Assembly (NCBI GenBank): GCA_965206645.1
Contig: CBDBKE010000004.1
Location: forward strand, 1,376,001-1,440,000
Reading direction: 5' to 3'
DNA from: Terriglobia bacterium
Lineage (GTDB): Bacteria; Acidobacteriota; Terriglobia; JAJPHL01; JAPKYU01
DNA: 64,000 bases
Of the stretch, positions 39,534 to 50,417 are shown in pieces; the first letter of the stretch is position 1; each line of letters begins with the position of its first letter. Both the position numbers and the translations under genes were made by a program. The notes under the pieces were generated by a model, which saw nothing but the letters and a program-made list of their open reading frames with translations, was not told the DNA's origin and did not search any database.

Positions 39534-41102
39534 ATGTCACTTGAAAACGAACTGTTTCGCCAGCGGAGGGAGAAACTGAAGGCCATCCAGGCGCTGGGTC
39601 TGGCACCCTACCCGCACAAGTTTGTCGCCTCGCACACCATCCCCGAAGTGGTCGAACGCTGGGACGCATCCACTGCCGAGGAACTGGCCGCAAGCCAGCC
39701 GACGGTGCGCCTGGCCGGTCGCATCCTGGCCCTGCGCATGCATGGCAAAACGGGGTTCGCCGACCTGGTGCAAGGCGGGCGGAAGCTGCAGGTCTACGTG
39801 CGGCAGGATGGGGTCGGCGAGGCGGGCTTCGACCTGTTCGGGCTGCTGGACCTGGGCGACTTTGTGGGCGCCATCGGGCACTTGTTCCGCACCCGCAAGG
39901 GAGAGCTGAGCGTGCGCGTTGAGTCGCTGGAGTTCCTGGCCAAAGCCCTCTTGCCGCTGCCGGAAAAATGGCACGGCTTGCAGGACGTGGAGACACGCTA
40001 CCGCCAGCGCTACTTGGATTTGCTAGTCAGCCCGGAGGTGCGCGAGATTTTCCAGCGCCGAAGCCGCATTATCAGCACGTTGCGCCGCGCCCTGGAGGCT
40101 CGCGGCTACCTAGAGGTGGAAACGCCGATGATGCAGCCGCTGGCGGGCGGAGCCGTGGCCCGTCCCTTCCGCACCCATCACAACGCCCTCGACCTGGACC
40201 TGTACTTGCGTGTGGCGCCGGAGCTCTACCTGAAGCGCCTGACGGTTGGCGGACTCGACCGCGTCTTCGAAATCAACCGTAACTTCCGCAACGAAGGGAT
40301 CTCCACCCAGCACAACCCTGAGTTCACCATGCTGGAGTTCTATCAGGCCTACAGCGATTACCGGGACCTGATGGAGCTGACCGAACAGATGCTGACCGAG
40401 GTGGTGCGCGAAGTGACTGGCAGGCCCAGCGTGCAGTACGGCAACCACACGATTGACTTTGCCCACTGGACGCGCCTCTCGCTGCCTGAGGCCATTGCGC
40501 GCTTCTGGCCCGAGGAGGCCACCCGGCCTGGTCTGGAAGGATTGCGCGACTTTTCGGGCGTGCCCGCTACTGTAGCGGCCTATAACGGCTGGGCCGAGCG
40601 CCAGCCGGAACCCCCTACGCGCCTGGTCATGCCCCCTGACACGCCACCCGGGGTGCTCCTCGGGGCGCTGTTCGAACTGGTGGCCGAGCGCCACCTGATC
40701 CAGCCCACCATTGTCTTCGACTTTCCCAAGGCAGTCTCGCCGCTCGCCAAGGCCAAACAAGACGAGCCGGAATGGGTGGAACGCTTCGAGGTGTATGCCG
40801 GGGGAATGGAACTGGCCAACGCCTATTCAGAGCTGAACGACCCGGTGGAGCAGTATCGCCGCTTCCAGATGCAACTGGCCGCCCGCCAGGCGGGGGACCT
40901 CGAGGCCCACGCCATGGACGAAGACTACGTCCGCGCCCTCTGCCACGGCCTGCCGCCGGCGGCTGGCGAAGGCGTCGGCATTGATCGGCTGACGATGCTG
41001 TTGACCAATTCCCACTCCATTCGCGAGGTGATTCTCTTCCCGCTGCTCCGCCCTGAAGGCACCGTGGAAATCGCCGCCGAAGTCGCCGCCGCTGCTACCT
41101 AG
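39534..41102 (+). CDS. lysS: Lysyl-tRNA synthetase (class II)
   Basis: PEKWHGL, RYRQRYLDL, APELYLKRL, FRNEG, HNPEFT, GIDRL. Confidence 0.97.
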   Translation: MSLENELFRQRREKLKAIQALGLAPYPHKFVASHTIPEVVERWDASTAEELAASQPTVRLAGRILALRMHGKTGFADLVQGGRKLQVYVRQDGVGEAGFDLFGLLDLGDFVGAIGHLFRTRKGELSVRVESLEFLAKALLPLPEKWHGLQDVETRYRQRYLDLLVSPEVREIFQRRSRIISTLRRALEARGYLEVETPMMQPLAGGAVARPFRTHHNALDLDLYLRVAPELYLKRLTVGGLDRVFEINRNFRNEGISTQHNPEFTMLEFYQAYSDYRDLMELTEQMLTEVVREVTGRPSVQYGNHTIDFAHWTRLSLPEAIARFWPEEATRPGLEGLRDFSGVPATVAAYNGWAERQPEPPTRLVMPPDTPPGVLLGALFELVAERHLIQPTIVFDFPKAVSPLAKAKQDEPEWVERFEVYAGGMELANAYSELNDPVEQYRRFQMQLAARQAGDLEAHAMDEDYVRALCHGLPPAAGEGVGIDRLTMLLTNSHSIREVILFPLLRPEGTVEIAAEVAAAAT

Positions 41103-41270
41103 CGTCCGGTTTTCGGAGGTCCCGGCGGCAACCGCCTGCCGAGCTGCGCCCAGTCCCAGGGTGGGCCTAGCGTAGCAAGACATCTGCGAACAGGCGCGCC
41201 GGGCTCTTCACCCGGCGTGTGATAGCATATCGAAATTACGTCGCGCGAAAAGAAACAGGCAACAACCAAA

Positions 41271-42479
41271 ATGCATACGGATACGATCGAGGCGGTCGGT
41301 CACCTGATTGACTCCCACCTGCTGGAAGCAGTGTTCGACAGGGTGATCGAGCACGGCGCCAAGTTTGAGATCGTCAAGTTCGAGATTGGCCGCACCAACG
41401 AGCAGTTCTCGCACCTGGTGATGAAGGTGCACGCGGCAGAGGCCACGGTCCTGGACCAGCTGCTGGAAGAGCTGCTGGCTCTGGGCTGTTACCGCACCAC
41501 GCAGAGTAATGCTCTGCTGCGCGCCTGCGACCAGGATGGATGCGCGCCGGAAGATTTTTACTCGACCACCAATCACCGCACCCAGCTTCTCCACGGGGGC
41601 CAGTGGATCACGGTGGAGCGGCAGCGCATGGATGCCGCCATCGTGGTGCGCGACGGAGCGGCCGCCTGCGTCCGGCTGCGGGATCTCCGCGCCGGCGATC
41701 TGGCGGTCTGCGGCCCCGGGGGTCTGCGGGTGCTGCCCGATTTCAAGCAGCGCGACCGCACCGGCTTTGGCTTCATGTCCAGCGAAGTGTCCTCGGAGCG
41801 GCGGGTGGAATCGGCGGCCGCGCGCACGGCGGAAATGATGCGGCGCATTCGCGCCGAAAACAGGCGCATCGTGGTGGTGGCTGGACCCGTGGTGGTGCAC
41901 ACCGGGGCTGCCGATGCGCTGGCTGCCCTGGTCCGTCTCGGTTACGTCAATGCGCTGCTGTCCGGCAACGCGCTGGCCGTGCACGACGCCGAGCATGCTC
42001 TGTTCGGCACCTCGCTTGGCATCCACCTGGAGCGCGGCGCGGCGGCCGAGCACGGCCACAGCAACCACATGCGCGCCATCAACCTGGTGCGCAGGGCGGG
42101 CGGCCTGTGCGCCGCCGTCAACGCCGGCTTGCTCTGCCGCGGCATCCTGTACGAATGCGTGCGCGGCCAGGTGCCGTTCGTGCTGGCCGGGAGCATCCGC
42201 GACGACGGGCCCATGCCGGAGACGATTACGGACGCGAGCCGCGCCCAGGACCTCTATGCGCAATACCTGGAGGATGCAGCCCTGGTCCTGTGCCTGGGCA
42301 CGATGCTGCACTCCATTGGCGTGGCGAACATGTTGCCTTCCTGGGTTCCACTGGTGGCCGTGGACATCAATCCGGCGGTGGTGACCAAGATCGCCGATCG
42401 CGGGTCTTCCCAGACCATCGGGCTGGTGACCGACGTGGGCCTGGTCCTCCACCTGCTGGAACGAATGCTCACCGAATAG
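41271..42479 (+). CDS. TIGR00300 (LOR/SDH-like, ArgZ/AgrE C-terminal-like) protein
   Basis: GHLIDS, APEDFYSTTNH, FGFMSSEVSSER, LAGSIRDDGP, MLHSIGVANM, DRGS. Confidence 0.88.
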   Translation: MHTDTIEAVGHLIDSHLLEAVFDRVIEHGAKFEIVKFEIGRTNEQFSHLVMKVHAAEATVLDQLLEELLALGCYRTTQSNALLRACDQDGCAPEDFYSTTNHRTQLLHGGQWITVERQRMDAAIVVRDGAAACVRLRDLRAGDLAVCGPGGLRVLPDFKQRDRTGFGFMSSEVSSERRVESAAARTAEMMRRIRAENRRIVVVAGPVVVHTGAADALAALVRLGYVNALLSGNALAVHDAEHALFGTSLGIHLERGAAAEHGHSNHMRAINLVRRAGGLCAAVNAGLLCRGILYECVRGQVPFVLAGSIRDDGPMPETITDASRAQDLYAQYLEDAALVLCLGTMLHSIGVANMLPSWVPLVAVDINPAVVTKIADRGSSQTIGLVTDVGLVLHLLERMLTE

Positions 42480-42573
42480 GGCTCGGTAGTTTGTGCCGCG
42501 CTACCCGAAAGCTGGTCGCCGCACGCGGCACTTTTCGCACTCTCACCTTACTGGGGAAAAAACGAGTAGCCTT

Positions 42574-42937
42574 TTGCGCTCAAACCGGCCGAAAGCGACC
42601 AGGGAGCTGGTGCGATTTATAATACGGAGAGAATTCCCAAGCGAAGATGCCAACGACGCGCTTCAGATTCTGGACCATTACTGCGGGCAATGAGCGCGAT
42701 CGCGTCCATCTTGCCATTCTAAAGCTCAGTCGGGGCATCAAGGCGGAGCTTCCCCAGTGGATTGATACTGCCAACCGGGATTACCGAGATGTGCTTTCCC
42801 CCGCGGAATACCCTCATTACCTGGAACACAGCTTCGAGGCGCTGAGAAAGAATCCGGCTCTCAGGAAGAAGGTCGAAGAGGAAGACCAGCGACAGTACAT
42901 TGCTTGGCTGGAGCGTAGGGAAGGACCAAACGGCTGA
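42574..42937 (+). pseudogene. Frameshifted small helical hypothetical protein
   Basis: IIRREFP...LQILDHY in one frame; ERDRVHLAILKLS...DYRDVL..AEYP in the next; switch near 42685. Confidence 0.55.
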
Positions 42938-43100
42938 TTGGGGAAATTTGGCGGCAGCTCACAGGAGTCGGGCGGGACAGCCTCAACGGAACGGGTACTG
43001 GAACGGGCACTTTCGGGAATGGGACTCAACATTCCAGTCTTTGGCCAGTCTCTGGCCATCTCTGGACTTTGCACCTCAGACTTTGGATTAGAATGAAAGC

Positions 43101-44336
43101 GTGCCGTTCGAGCTCTGGGTTGCTCTGCGCTACCTGAAGGCCCGCCGCAGCGAAGCGGTGCTGTCGGTCATTACCGCCATCTCGATCATCGGCGTCACCG
43201 CCGGAGTGGCCTCGCTGGTGATCGCCCTGGCCATTACCAACGGATTTCGCCGCCACCTGGAGCAGAGCCTGCTCAGCGCCATCCCTCACGTCAACCTGCT
43301 GCGCAACGACACCGAAGGCATCGCCAACTGGCGCGAGATGGCGCAGCAACTGGAAGCCGAGCCGGACGTGGTGGCAGCCGCGCCGGCCGTCTATGCGCAA
43401 GTCCTGCTCTCCGGGCCCGTTCGGTCCCAGGGAGCGATGCTCAAGGGAGTGGTGCCGGAGATGGAGCTGCGCGCCGGAGACCTGCTGCGGCACCTGAGCG
43501 AGGGCAGCATCGCGCCGCTGGCCGAACCGCTCGTCCCCGGCCAGGCGCCACCGCTGGTGCTCGGCAAGGAGCTGGCCGAGGCGCTGGGCGTGCGCACCGG
43601 CGATTTCATCACAGCCACTTCGCCGCGCGGCCGGTTGTCGCCGATCGGGGAATTTCCCCGCTACCAGCGCTTTCGCGTGGTGGGCGTGTTCGACAGTGGC
43701 TTCTTCAACTTCGATGCCGAGTGGGCCTTCACCTCGCTGGAGGCCGCGCAGCGCCTGTTCCTGCTGGGAGACGTGGCCAGCGCTGTCGGCTTGCGCCTGG
43801 ACGACCTCTACCGCGCGCCGGAAATCGCTGAACGTATGAAGCAGCAAGCCGGCCCGGGCTTCGGCGCCACCAACTGGATCGAGCAGAACCGCACCCTGTT
43901 CCGCGCGCTGCGGTTTGAGAGAACTGTTACCATCCTGATCATCGGCCTCATCGTCTTTGTGGCCGCGCTGAACCTGTTCATCCGCCTCTACCTGCTGGTG
44001 GTGGAAAAGAACCGCGATATCGCCGTCTTGATGGCCATGGGCGCGCAGATCGGACAGATTCGGCGGATCTTTCAGTACCAGGGTCTCTTCATTGGTGTGT
44101 TCGGCACGCTGTTGGGGTTGGCGACCGGCTATGCGCTTTCCTATTTTGGAAGCCACTACAAACTAATCCGGCTGGAAGCCGATATATACTCCATTAGCTA
44201 CGTGCCGTTTGAGATCGGGGCGCTGGATGGCCTGTGGATCGGGGCGGCGGCGGTGCTGATCAGTTATGTCTCGACCATCTACCCGGCGCGGACCGCGGCG
44301 GCGATTGACCCAGCCGAAGCGCTGCGCTACGAGTAG
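43101..44336 (+). CDS. lolE: Lipoprotein-releasing ABC permease LolC/E
   Basis: VALRYL, GVTAGVASL, VAALN...DIAVLMAMGA, TIYPA...PAEALRYE. Confidence 0.9.
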   Translation: MPFELWVALRYLKARRSEAVLSVITAISIIGVTAGVASLVIALAITNGFRRHLEQSLLSAIPHVNLLRNDTEGIANWREMAQQLEAEPDVVAAAPAVYAQVLLSGPVRSQGAMLKGVVPEMELRAGDLLRHLSEGSIAPLAEPLVPGQAPPLVLGKELAEALGVRTGDFITATSPRGRLSPIGEFPRYQRFRVVGVFDSGFFNFDAEWAFTSLEAAQRLFLLGDVASAVGLRLDDLYRAPEIAERMKQQAGPGFGATNWIEQNRTLFRALRFERTVTILIIGLIVFVAALNLFIRLYLLVVEKNRDIAVLMAMGAQIGQIRRIFQYQGLFIGVFGTLLGLATGYALSYFGSHYKLIRLEADIYSISYVPFEIGALDGLWIGAAAVLISYVSTIYPARTAAAIDPAEALRYE

Positions 44337-44380
44337 CAGCCCCGGGACCAGCGGGTCGCAGAGGCCGGGGCGATAGAAAA

Positions 44381-45082
44381 TTGGCGGTCGTGCTGAGAGC
44401 CGTAAGGCTGACAAAGAACTTTCGGTCCGGTTGGACGGAGATCACCGTCTTGGACGAGTTGCACCTGGAGGTGACCCGAGGCGAGATGCTCGCCATCATG
44501 GGTGCGTCCGGTGCGGGCAAGAGCACCTTGCTGCAAATCCTGGGTACGCTGGACAGGCCTACAGCAGGTGAGTTATACTTTTCTGAGCAAGCTTTTTCCG
44601 GCTGGACTGCGAATGAGGTCACCAGGTTTCGGAACCGGGAGGTTGGGTTTGTTTGGCAGTTTCATTACCTGCTTCCGGAGTTTTCGGCCTTGGAAAACGT
44701 GAGCCTGCCCTTGCGCATCCACGGAGTCTGGCCGGCAGAAGCGGAACGACGCGGGCGGGAATTGTTGGCGGAGGTCGGGCTGGCCCAGCGGGCTCAGCAC
44801 CGACCGGGAGAGCTATCCGGCGGCGAGCAGCAGCGGGTGGCTCTGGCCAGAGCGCTGGTGGGACGGCCCTCCCTGTTGCTGGCCGATGAGCCGACCGGCA
44901 GCCTGGATTATAAGACGGCAAACATGGTCTTGGACCTGATCGAGCAACTGCACCGCAGATACCAGCTCACCTCGGTGATTGCGACCCACAACGTCGCCGT
45001 GGCGCAGCGTTGCCAGCGGGTGTTGCAGCTGGAGGCCGGCCGCTTGCAGCCGGTGGTGAACCTGGCAGGACATCAGGTCTAG
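44381..45082 (+). CDS. lolD: Lipoprotein-releasing ABC ATPase
   Basis: GASGAGKST, GFVWQFHYLL, LSGGEQQR, ADEPTG. Confidence 0.92.
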   Translation: MAVVLRAVRLTKNFRSGWTEITVLDELHLEVTRGEMLAIMGASGAGKSTLLQILGTLDRPTAGELYFSEQAFSGWTANEVTRFRNREVGFVWQFHYLLPEFSALENVSLPLRIHGVWPAEAERRGRELLAEVGLAQRAQHRPGELSGGEQQRVALARALVGRPSLLLADEPTGSLDYKTANMVLDLIEQLHRRYQLTSVIATHNVAVAQRCQRVLQLEAGRLQPVVNLAGHQV

Positions 45083-45158
45083 CCGAAGCGTCACCCAGTT
45101 GGTTCCGCATTTTGCGGGTCTGGGTTGGCAGAGGAACCGGGCGGGCGGAAACAAGGCG

Positions 45159-47612
45159 ATGTTCGAGCGATACACCGAGAAGGCCCGGCGAGTGATCTTT
45201 TTTGCTCGCTACGAGGCCAGCCAGTTTGGCAGTCCCTACATTGAGACCGAGCACCTGTTGCTGGGCCTGCTCCGCGAAGACAAGGCCTTAACCAACCGTT
45301 TCCTTCGTATCCACACCTCGGTGGAATCGATCCGCAAGCAGATCGAAGGACACACCACGATGCGGGAGAAAGTTTCCACCTCGGTGGATCTTCCGCTGTC
45401 GCACGAATGCAAGCGCGTCCTGGCCTACGCGGCAGAAGAAGCCGAGAGGCTGAGCCACAAACACATTGGGACTGAGCATCTGCTCCTCGGACTTTTGCGC
45501 GAAGAGAAATGCTTCGCTGCCGAGCTCCTTCACGAGCGCGGGCTACGGCTCTCCACCATCCGGGAGGAACTAGCTCGCCAACACAGTGAAAAAGTGTCCA
45601 GTCGCCCAAAAGAAAGTTCCCTTCTGGCCGAATTCAGTCGCGACCTGACGCAGGCTGCCATGGACAACGCGCTGGATCCGCTGATCGGCCGCGAAAATGA
45701 AGTCGAGCGCCTCATTCAGATCCTCTGCCGGCGCACCAAGAACAACCCGGTGCTGATTGGAGAGCCTGGAGTGGGCAAGACCGCCATTGTCGAAGGCATG
45801 GCCCAGCGCATTGATAGTGGTGATGTGCCCTCCTTCCTGGCCGAGAAGCGCATCCTGGGGCTGGACCTGTCGCTGATTGTGGCCGGCACCAAGTACCGCG
45901 GGCAATTTGAAGAACGTCTGAAGACCATCATGAAGGAGTTGATGGACAATCAGAACGTCATCATCTTCATTGACGAATTGCACACGCTGGTTGGAGCCGG
46001 TTCCGCCGAGGGTTCCCTGGATGCCGCCAACATTCTGAAGCCGGCGCTGTCGCGGGGCGAGATTCAGTGCATCGGCGCCACGACTCCGGCGGAGTACCGC
46101 AAGTCGATCGAGAGGGACCGGTCGCTGGAGCGTCGCTTCCAGACGGTGAAGGTGCCACCGCCCACCGAGGCCGATGCCGTCCAGATCCTCTACGGCATCA
46201 AGGATCGCTACGAGAAGTTCCACGCCGTCACTTACACGGACGAGGCGTTGGAAGTGGCCGTCTACCACTCCAGCCGCTACATCCCGGATCGCTTCCTGCC
46301 GGACAAAGCGATTGACCTGGTGGACGAGGCCGGCGCGCGCGTCAAACTGCGCCAGACCACCCTGCCCGACGAACTGGCCGAAGTGCAGAAGCGCATCAAG
46401 TTCATCGTGCACCGGATGGAGAACGCCATCGCCAACCACGAGTTTGAGAAGGCGCGCTTTTACAGCGACGAGGAGCGACGCGAGCGCGAGCACCTGCGGA
46501 TCCTGCGCGAGAAGTACCATTTGGATGATTCCTCAACTGGCGTGGTCAGCAAGGAGGATATCGAGGATGTGGTATCGCGCTGGACGGGCGTCCCGGTCTC
46601 CTCGATCAAGGAAGAGGAGATGAGCAAGCTCCTGCGCTTCGAGGAGGAGCTGCACAAGCGCGTCATCAGCCAGGACCAAGCGATTTCGGCGCTGGGCCGG
46701 GCCATCCGCCGCGCACGGGCGGGGTTGAAAAATCCGGCCCGCCCGGTGGGCTCCTTCCTGTTCCTGGGCCCCACGGGCGTGGGCAAGACGGAGGTCGCCC
46801 GCTGCCTGGCCCAGTTCTTGTTCAGCACCGAGAAGGCGCTGATTCGCTTTGACATGTCCGAGTTCATGGAAAAACACTCGGTGTCCAAGCTGATTGGGTC
46901 GCCGCCCGGTTACGTCGGCTATGAGGAAGGCGGCCAACTCACCGAGCGAGTGCGACGCTCCCCCTACTCGGTTATCCTTCTGGACGAGATCGAAAAAGCG
47001 CACCCGGACGTCTACAACATCCTGCTGCAGGTGTTCGAGGACGGCCAGCTCACCGACGGGTTGGGCAACGCGGTGGACTTCAAGAACACCATCATCATCA
47101 TGACCTCCAATATCGGCGCCCGCCACCTGCAGAAGCGTTCCAGCCTGGGCTTTCAGGCCAGTGAGGCTTCCAGCCAGACCCAGGTGGAAGATCTGGTGCG
47201 CAGCGAGGTCAAGCGCACCTTCAACCCCGAGTTCCTAAACCGGCTGGACGAAGTGATCATTTTCAACTCGTTGACCGATGAGGACCTGTTGCGCATCGTC
47301 CTGTTGCTGGTTGAGCAGGTCAACGCCCAGCTGGCCCATCGCCAGATCTCGCTGCATGTCACCGAAGAGGCTGCCAAATGGATCCTGGTGAAAACCTGCT
47401 CTGACCGCAGCTATGGCGCTCGCCCGCTACGTCGCACTCTGCAGAAGTACCTTGAGGACCCACTGTCGGAAGCGCTGATCCAGGGCAGCATTCGCCGTCC
47501 CGCCTGCTTGGAAGTCTTTCTGCAGGGGGACAGCCTGTATTACCGTCCGGCGGACTCCAACACCGGCTCAGAGGAAACCGCCCTGTCAGAGCCGGTGTTG
47601 CTCTACAAATAA
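45159..47612 (+). CDS. clpC: ATP-dependent Clp protease ATP-binding subunit
   Basis: [12 protein letters not shown]-domain; two Walker A motifs ([16 protein letters not shown]); GYVGY. Confidence 0.95.
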   Translation: MFERYTEKARRVIFFARYEASQFGSPYIETEHLLLGLLREDKALTNRFLRIHTSVESIRKQIEGHTTMREKVSTSVDLPLSHECKRVLAYAAEEAERLSHKHIGTEHLLLGLLREEKCFAAELLHERGLRLSTIREELARQHSEKVSSRPKESSLLAEFSRDLTQAAMDNALDPLIGRENEVERLIQILCRRTKNNPVLIGEPGVGKTAIVEGMAQRIDSGDVPSFLAEKRILGLDLSLIVAGTKYRGQFEERLKTIMKELMDNQNVIIFIDELHTLVGAGSAEGSLDAANILKPALSRGEIQCIGATTPAEYRKSIERDRSLERRFQTVKVPPPTEADAVQILYGIKDRYEKFHAVTYTDEALEVAVYHSSRYIPDRFLPDKAIDLVDEAGARVKLRQTTLPDELAEVQKRIKFIVHRMENAIANHEFEKARFYSDEERREREHLRILREKYHLDDSSTGVVSKEDIEDVVSRWTGVPVSSIKEEEMSKLLRFEEELHKRVISQDQAISALGRAIRRARAGLKNPARPVGSFLFLGPTGVGKTEVARCLAQFLFSTEKALIRFDMSEFMEKHSVSKLIGSPPGYVGYEEGGQLTERVRRSPYSVILLDEIEKAHPDVYNILLQVFEDGQLTDGLGNAVDFKNTIIIMTSNIGARHLQKRSSLGFQASEASSQTQVEDLVRSEVKRTFNPEFLNRLDEVIIFNSLTDEDLLRIVLLLVEQVNAQLAHRQISLHVTEEAAKWILVKTCSDRSYGARPLRRTLQKYLEDPLSEALIQGSIRRPACLEVFLQGDSLYYRPADSNTGSEETALSEPVLLYK

Positions 47613-47780
47613 GTTTGGGGCAGCCGGCTCTCGCGCTCAACCAGTCCTTTCCTTCTCCCTGTATAGCCATTGCTTGGTGGTGGGTTTGTGTTGTTGCCTT
47701 ACCGGCTTTTGAGGTGTCGGGAAATCCGCAAGTGATACGAAACGTGTTTGAAGGGGGCGCGAGATTGGCCGGCGCTAATC

Positions 47781-48947
47781 TTAGCCATCCGCCGTCGCCA
47801 GCCTGCTTTCCGCGACGGACGGAAGTTGGGCTGCCAGGCGCAGCAGTTCGCGCTCGGGCTCCTCTGTCCGCTTGAGCTGGCCGCAGGCAGCAAAGATGTC
47901 ACGGCCGCGGGGTTTGCGAATGAAGGCCAAAACGCCCGCCTCCACCAGAATGCCCTGGAAGCTGCGGACGCGTTGGTCAGAGGGGGTGCGGAAGGGGAGT
48001 TCGGCGCCCGGGTTCAGCGCGATAAGGTTGACCTTAGTGCGCCCCGCGCCGACCCGTTTTACCAGCCGGACCAAGCGGCGAGCATCGGCAGGCGTATCGT
48101 TGATCCCGTCCAGAAGCGCGTACTCAAATGTCAGTCGCTCGCCCGGTCGCAGCGGAAACGAGCGGCAGGCCTTGAGCAGCGTGGCAATGGGCCACTTCTT
48201 GTTGAGCGGCATCAGCCGGCTGCGCACCCCATCTGTGGTCGCGTTGAGGGACACCGCCAGCCTGGGTCTCACCGGTTCACGGCCCAGGTCCGCGATGCGC
48301 GGGACAACACCTGCCGTGGAGAGCGTCATGCGGCGCGCGGAAAGGCCCACGCCCTGGGAGTCGGCCAGCAGACGCACCGACGCCATCACCGCGTCATAGT
48401 TCAGCAGCGGCTCGCCCATTCCCATCAACACCAGGTTCACTGGCCGGCGGGTGGCTTCGCCCAGTTCCAGGCCCAGTTCCAGGCCCGGTTCCAGGCCAAG
48501 TCCCAGGCCGTTCCTTTCGGCCACCAGCAGCACCTGGCCGACAATCTCCCCCGCGCTGAGATTGCGGATAAGCCCCAACAGGGCGGTCAGGCAGAACTTG
48601 CAGTTGACCGGGCACCCTACTTGGGTGGAAAGGCAGATTGTGTCGCGGCCTTGCTCCGGCATCAGAACGGTTTCGATGGTTTCGCCATCCCGGAGCCGGA
48701 GCAGATAGCGGACGGTTCCGTCGGTCGAGCGGAACTCCCTTTCAATCAACGGCCAGCTGATCCGGGCCTGCTCTAGCAGGCGCCGTCGCAGGGGTCGTGA
48801 AAGGGTGGAGATCCGGGCTGGGTCCCGAAGCCGTTGGCGGTAGAGGGCCGTGTAAAGCTGGGTGGCGCGATAGGACGGCTCGCCCCACCGGGCCAGCAAT
48901 GCCTCCAGCGCCTTGCGGTCCATTCCCAGCAGTTCGATGGGAGCCAT
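47781..48947 (-). CDS. rlmN: 23S rRNA m2A2503 radical-SAM methyltransferase
   Basis: CPVNCKFC, MGMGEP, AACGQL. Confidence 0.95.
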   Translation of the reverse strand: MAPIELLGMDRKALEALLARWGEPSYRATQLYTALYRQRLRDPARISTLSRPLRRRLLEQARISWPLIEREFRSTDGTVRYLLRLRDGETIETVLMPEQGRDTICLSTQVGCPVNCKFCLTALLGLIRNLSAGEIVGQVLLVAERNGLGLGLEPGLELGLELGEATRRPVNLVLMGMGEPLLNYDAVMASVRLLADSQGVGLSARRMTLSTAGVVPRIADLGREPVRPRLAVSLNATTDGVRSRLMPLNKKWPIATLLKACRSFPLRPGERLTFEYALLDGINDTPADARRLVRLVKRVGAGRTKVNLIALNPGAELPFRTPSDQRVRSFQGILVEAGVLAFIRKPRGRDIFAACGQLKRTEEPERELLRLAAQLPSVAESRLATADG

Positions 48948-49076
48948 CGGCTGTCATTCTAGCATGCAGCCTGCCTGGCCTAGTTCTCGGGCGGGCAGGG
49001 CGTATGGCTGGAATTCCCTCTCGGCCTGTGTTACAAAGGAGTTGAGTCCTCTGCGCTAGCTCTGACGATTCGCCTC

Positions 49077-50357
49077 ATGAGCCAAAAGGAAACGCGAGCC
49101 ATCCGACGGGAAGTCTTTCCCAACGGGCTCACTGTTATCACCGAGACCATGCCCCATGTGCGCTCCGTTTCGGTGGGCATCTGGATGAAAACCGGCTCGC
49201 GCCGCGAGGCCCCCGAGCAAAACGGCATCTCGCATTTCATCGAGCACATGCTGTTCAAGGGGACCCAAACCAGGACGGCCGAAGAGATCGCTCGCTCGGT
49301 GGATTCCATCGGCGGCCACCTGGACGCGTTCACGGCCAAAGAGTGCGTCTGCCTGAATACCAAAATTCTCGATGAGCACCTTCCTTTCGCTCTGGAAGTG
49401 CTTTCGGACCTGGTTTTGAACCCGTTGTTCAAAGATGATGACATTGTCCGGGAACACGGGGTGGTGCTGGAAGAGTTGAAGATGGACGAGGACAGCCCCG
49501 ATTACCTCGTCCACGAGATCTTCACTCAGAATTTCTGGCGCGACCACTCGCTGGGCAAACCCATCCTGGGGACCAAGGAAAGCATCAAGCGGTTGGGAGG
49601 GAAGTCGCTTTGGGAGCACTTCCGCTGCCACTACGTGCCCAACAACATGATTTTGTCGGCGGCGGGCAATCTGGATCATCGTCATCTGGTGGACCTGGTC
49701 GGGAAATACTACGGAGCGCTGGCACCATGCTCGCCACTGAAGCCAGAGCTCGTGCCCGTGCCGCACTCTCATCTCACACTGCGCAACAAGAAAGACTTGG
49801 GGCAGGTGCACCTGTGCCTGGGGGTGCCGTCCTATCCGCTGTCACATGAACGCCGCTATGCGTGCTACGTGCTGAACACATTGCTGGGTGGGGGCATGAG
49901 TTCGCGGCTGTTCCAGAATATTCGCGAGCGCCAGGGCCTGGCTTACGCCGTGTTCTCCGAATTGAGCCCCTACCGGGACGCGGGCTGCCTGTCGGTGTAC
50001 GCTGGCACCTCGGCGGATACGGTCCGCAAGGTCATGGATTTGATTCTGGAAGAGTTCCGTAATCTGAAGGCCAGCCCCGTTCCGTCAGAGGAGCTGCGGC
50101 GCGCCAAGGACCACCTGAAGGGCAGCCTGATGCTCTCGCTGGAGTCCACCACCAGCCGCATGTCCAACTTGGCCCGACAGGAAATGTATTTTGGCAAGTT
50201 TTTCTCACTGGACGAGATCACCGCTAAAATCGAGCAGGTGACGCCGGAAGAGTTGCTGGAGATCGCACGCGAGTTTTTCCTCCCGCAAAGCATCGCGGTG
50301 ACGGCCCTGGGGAATCTGGACGGACTGAAAATCAGCCGCGAGCATCTGGCGTGTTAG
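49077..50357 (+). CDS. M16 family zinc peptidase
   Basis: HFIEH (HxxEH), GGGMSSRLFQNIRE. Confidence 0.93.
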   Translation: MSQKETRAIRREVFPNGLTVITETMPHVRSVSVGIWMKTGSRREAPEQNGISHFIEHMLFKGTQTRTAEEIARSVDSIGGHLDAFTAKECVCLNTKILDEHLPFALEVLSDLVLNPLFKDDDIVREHGVVLEELKMDEDSPDYLVHEIFTQNFWRDHSLGKPILGTKESIKRLGGKSLWEHFRCHYVPNNMILSAAGNLDHRHLVDLVGKYYGALAPCSPLKPELVPVPHSHLTLRNKKDLGQVHLCLGVPSYPLSHERRYACYVLNTLLGGGMSSRLFQNIRERQGLAYAVFSELSPYRDAGCLSVYAGTSADTVRKVMDLILEEFRNLKASPVPSEELRRAKDHLKGSLMLSLESTTSRMSNLARQEMYFGKFFSLDEITAKIEQVTPEELLEIAREFFLPQSIAVTALGNLDGLKISREHLAC

Positions 50358-50417
50358 TGAAGCGCCTGACGTCTCCTGACTGGATCCTGGGAGTCGAGTT
50401 CACCTCGGAACAGCGCC

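Noticed and set aside
42691-42693. TGA after YCGQ as a possible selenocysteine codon
   Set aside because: The protein-like sequence continues in a different frame, so a frameshift explains it better.
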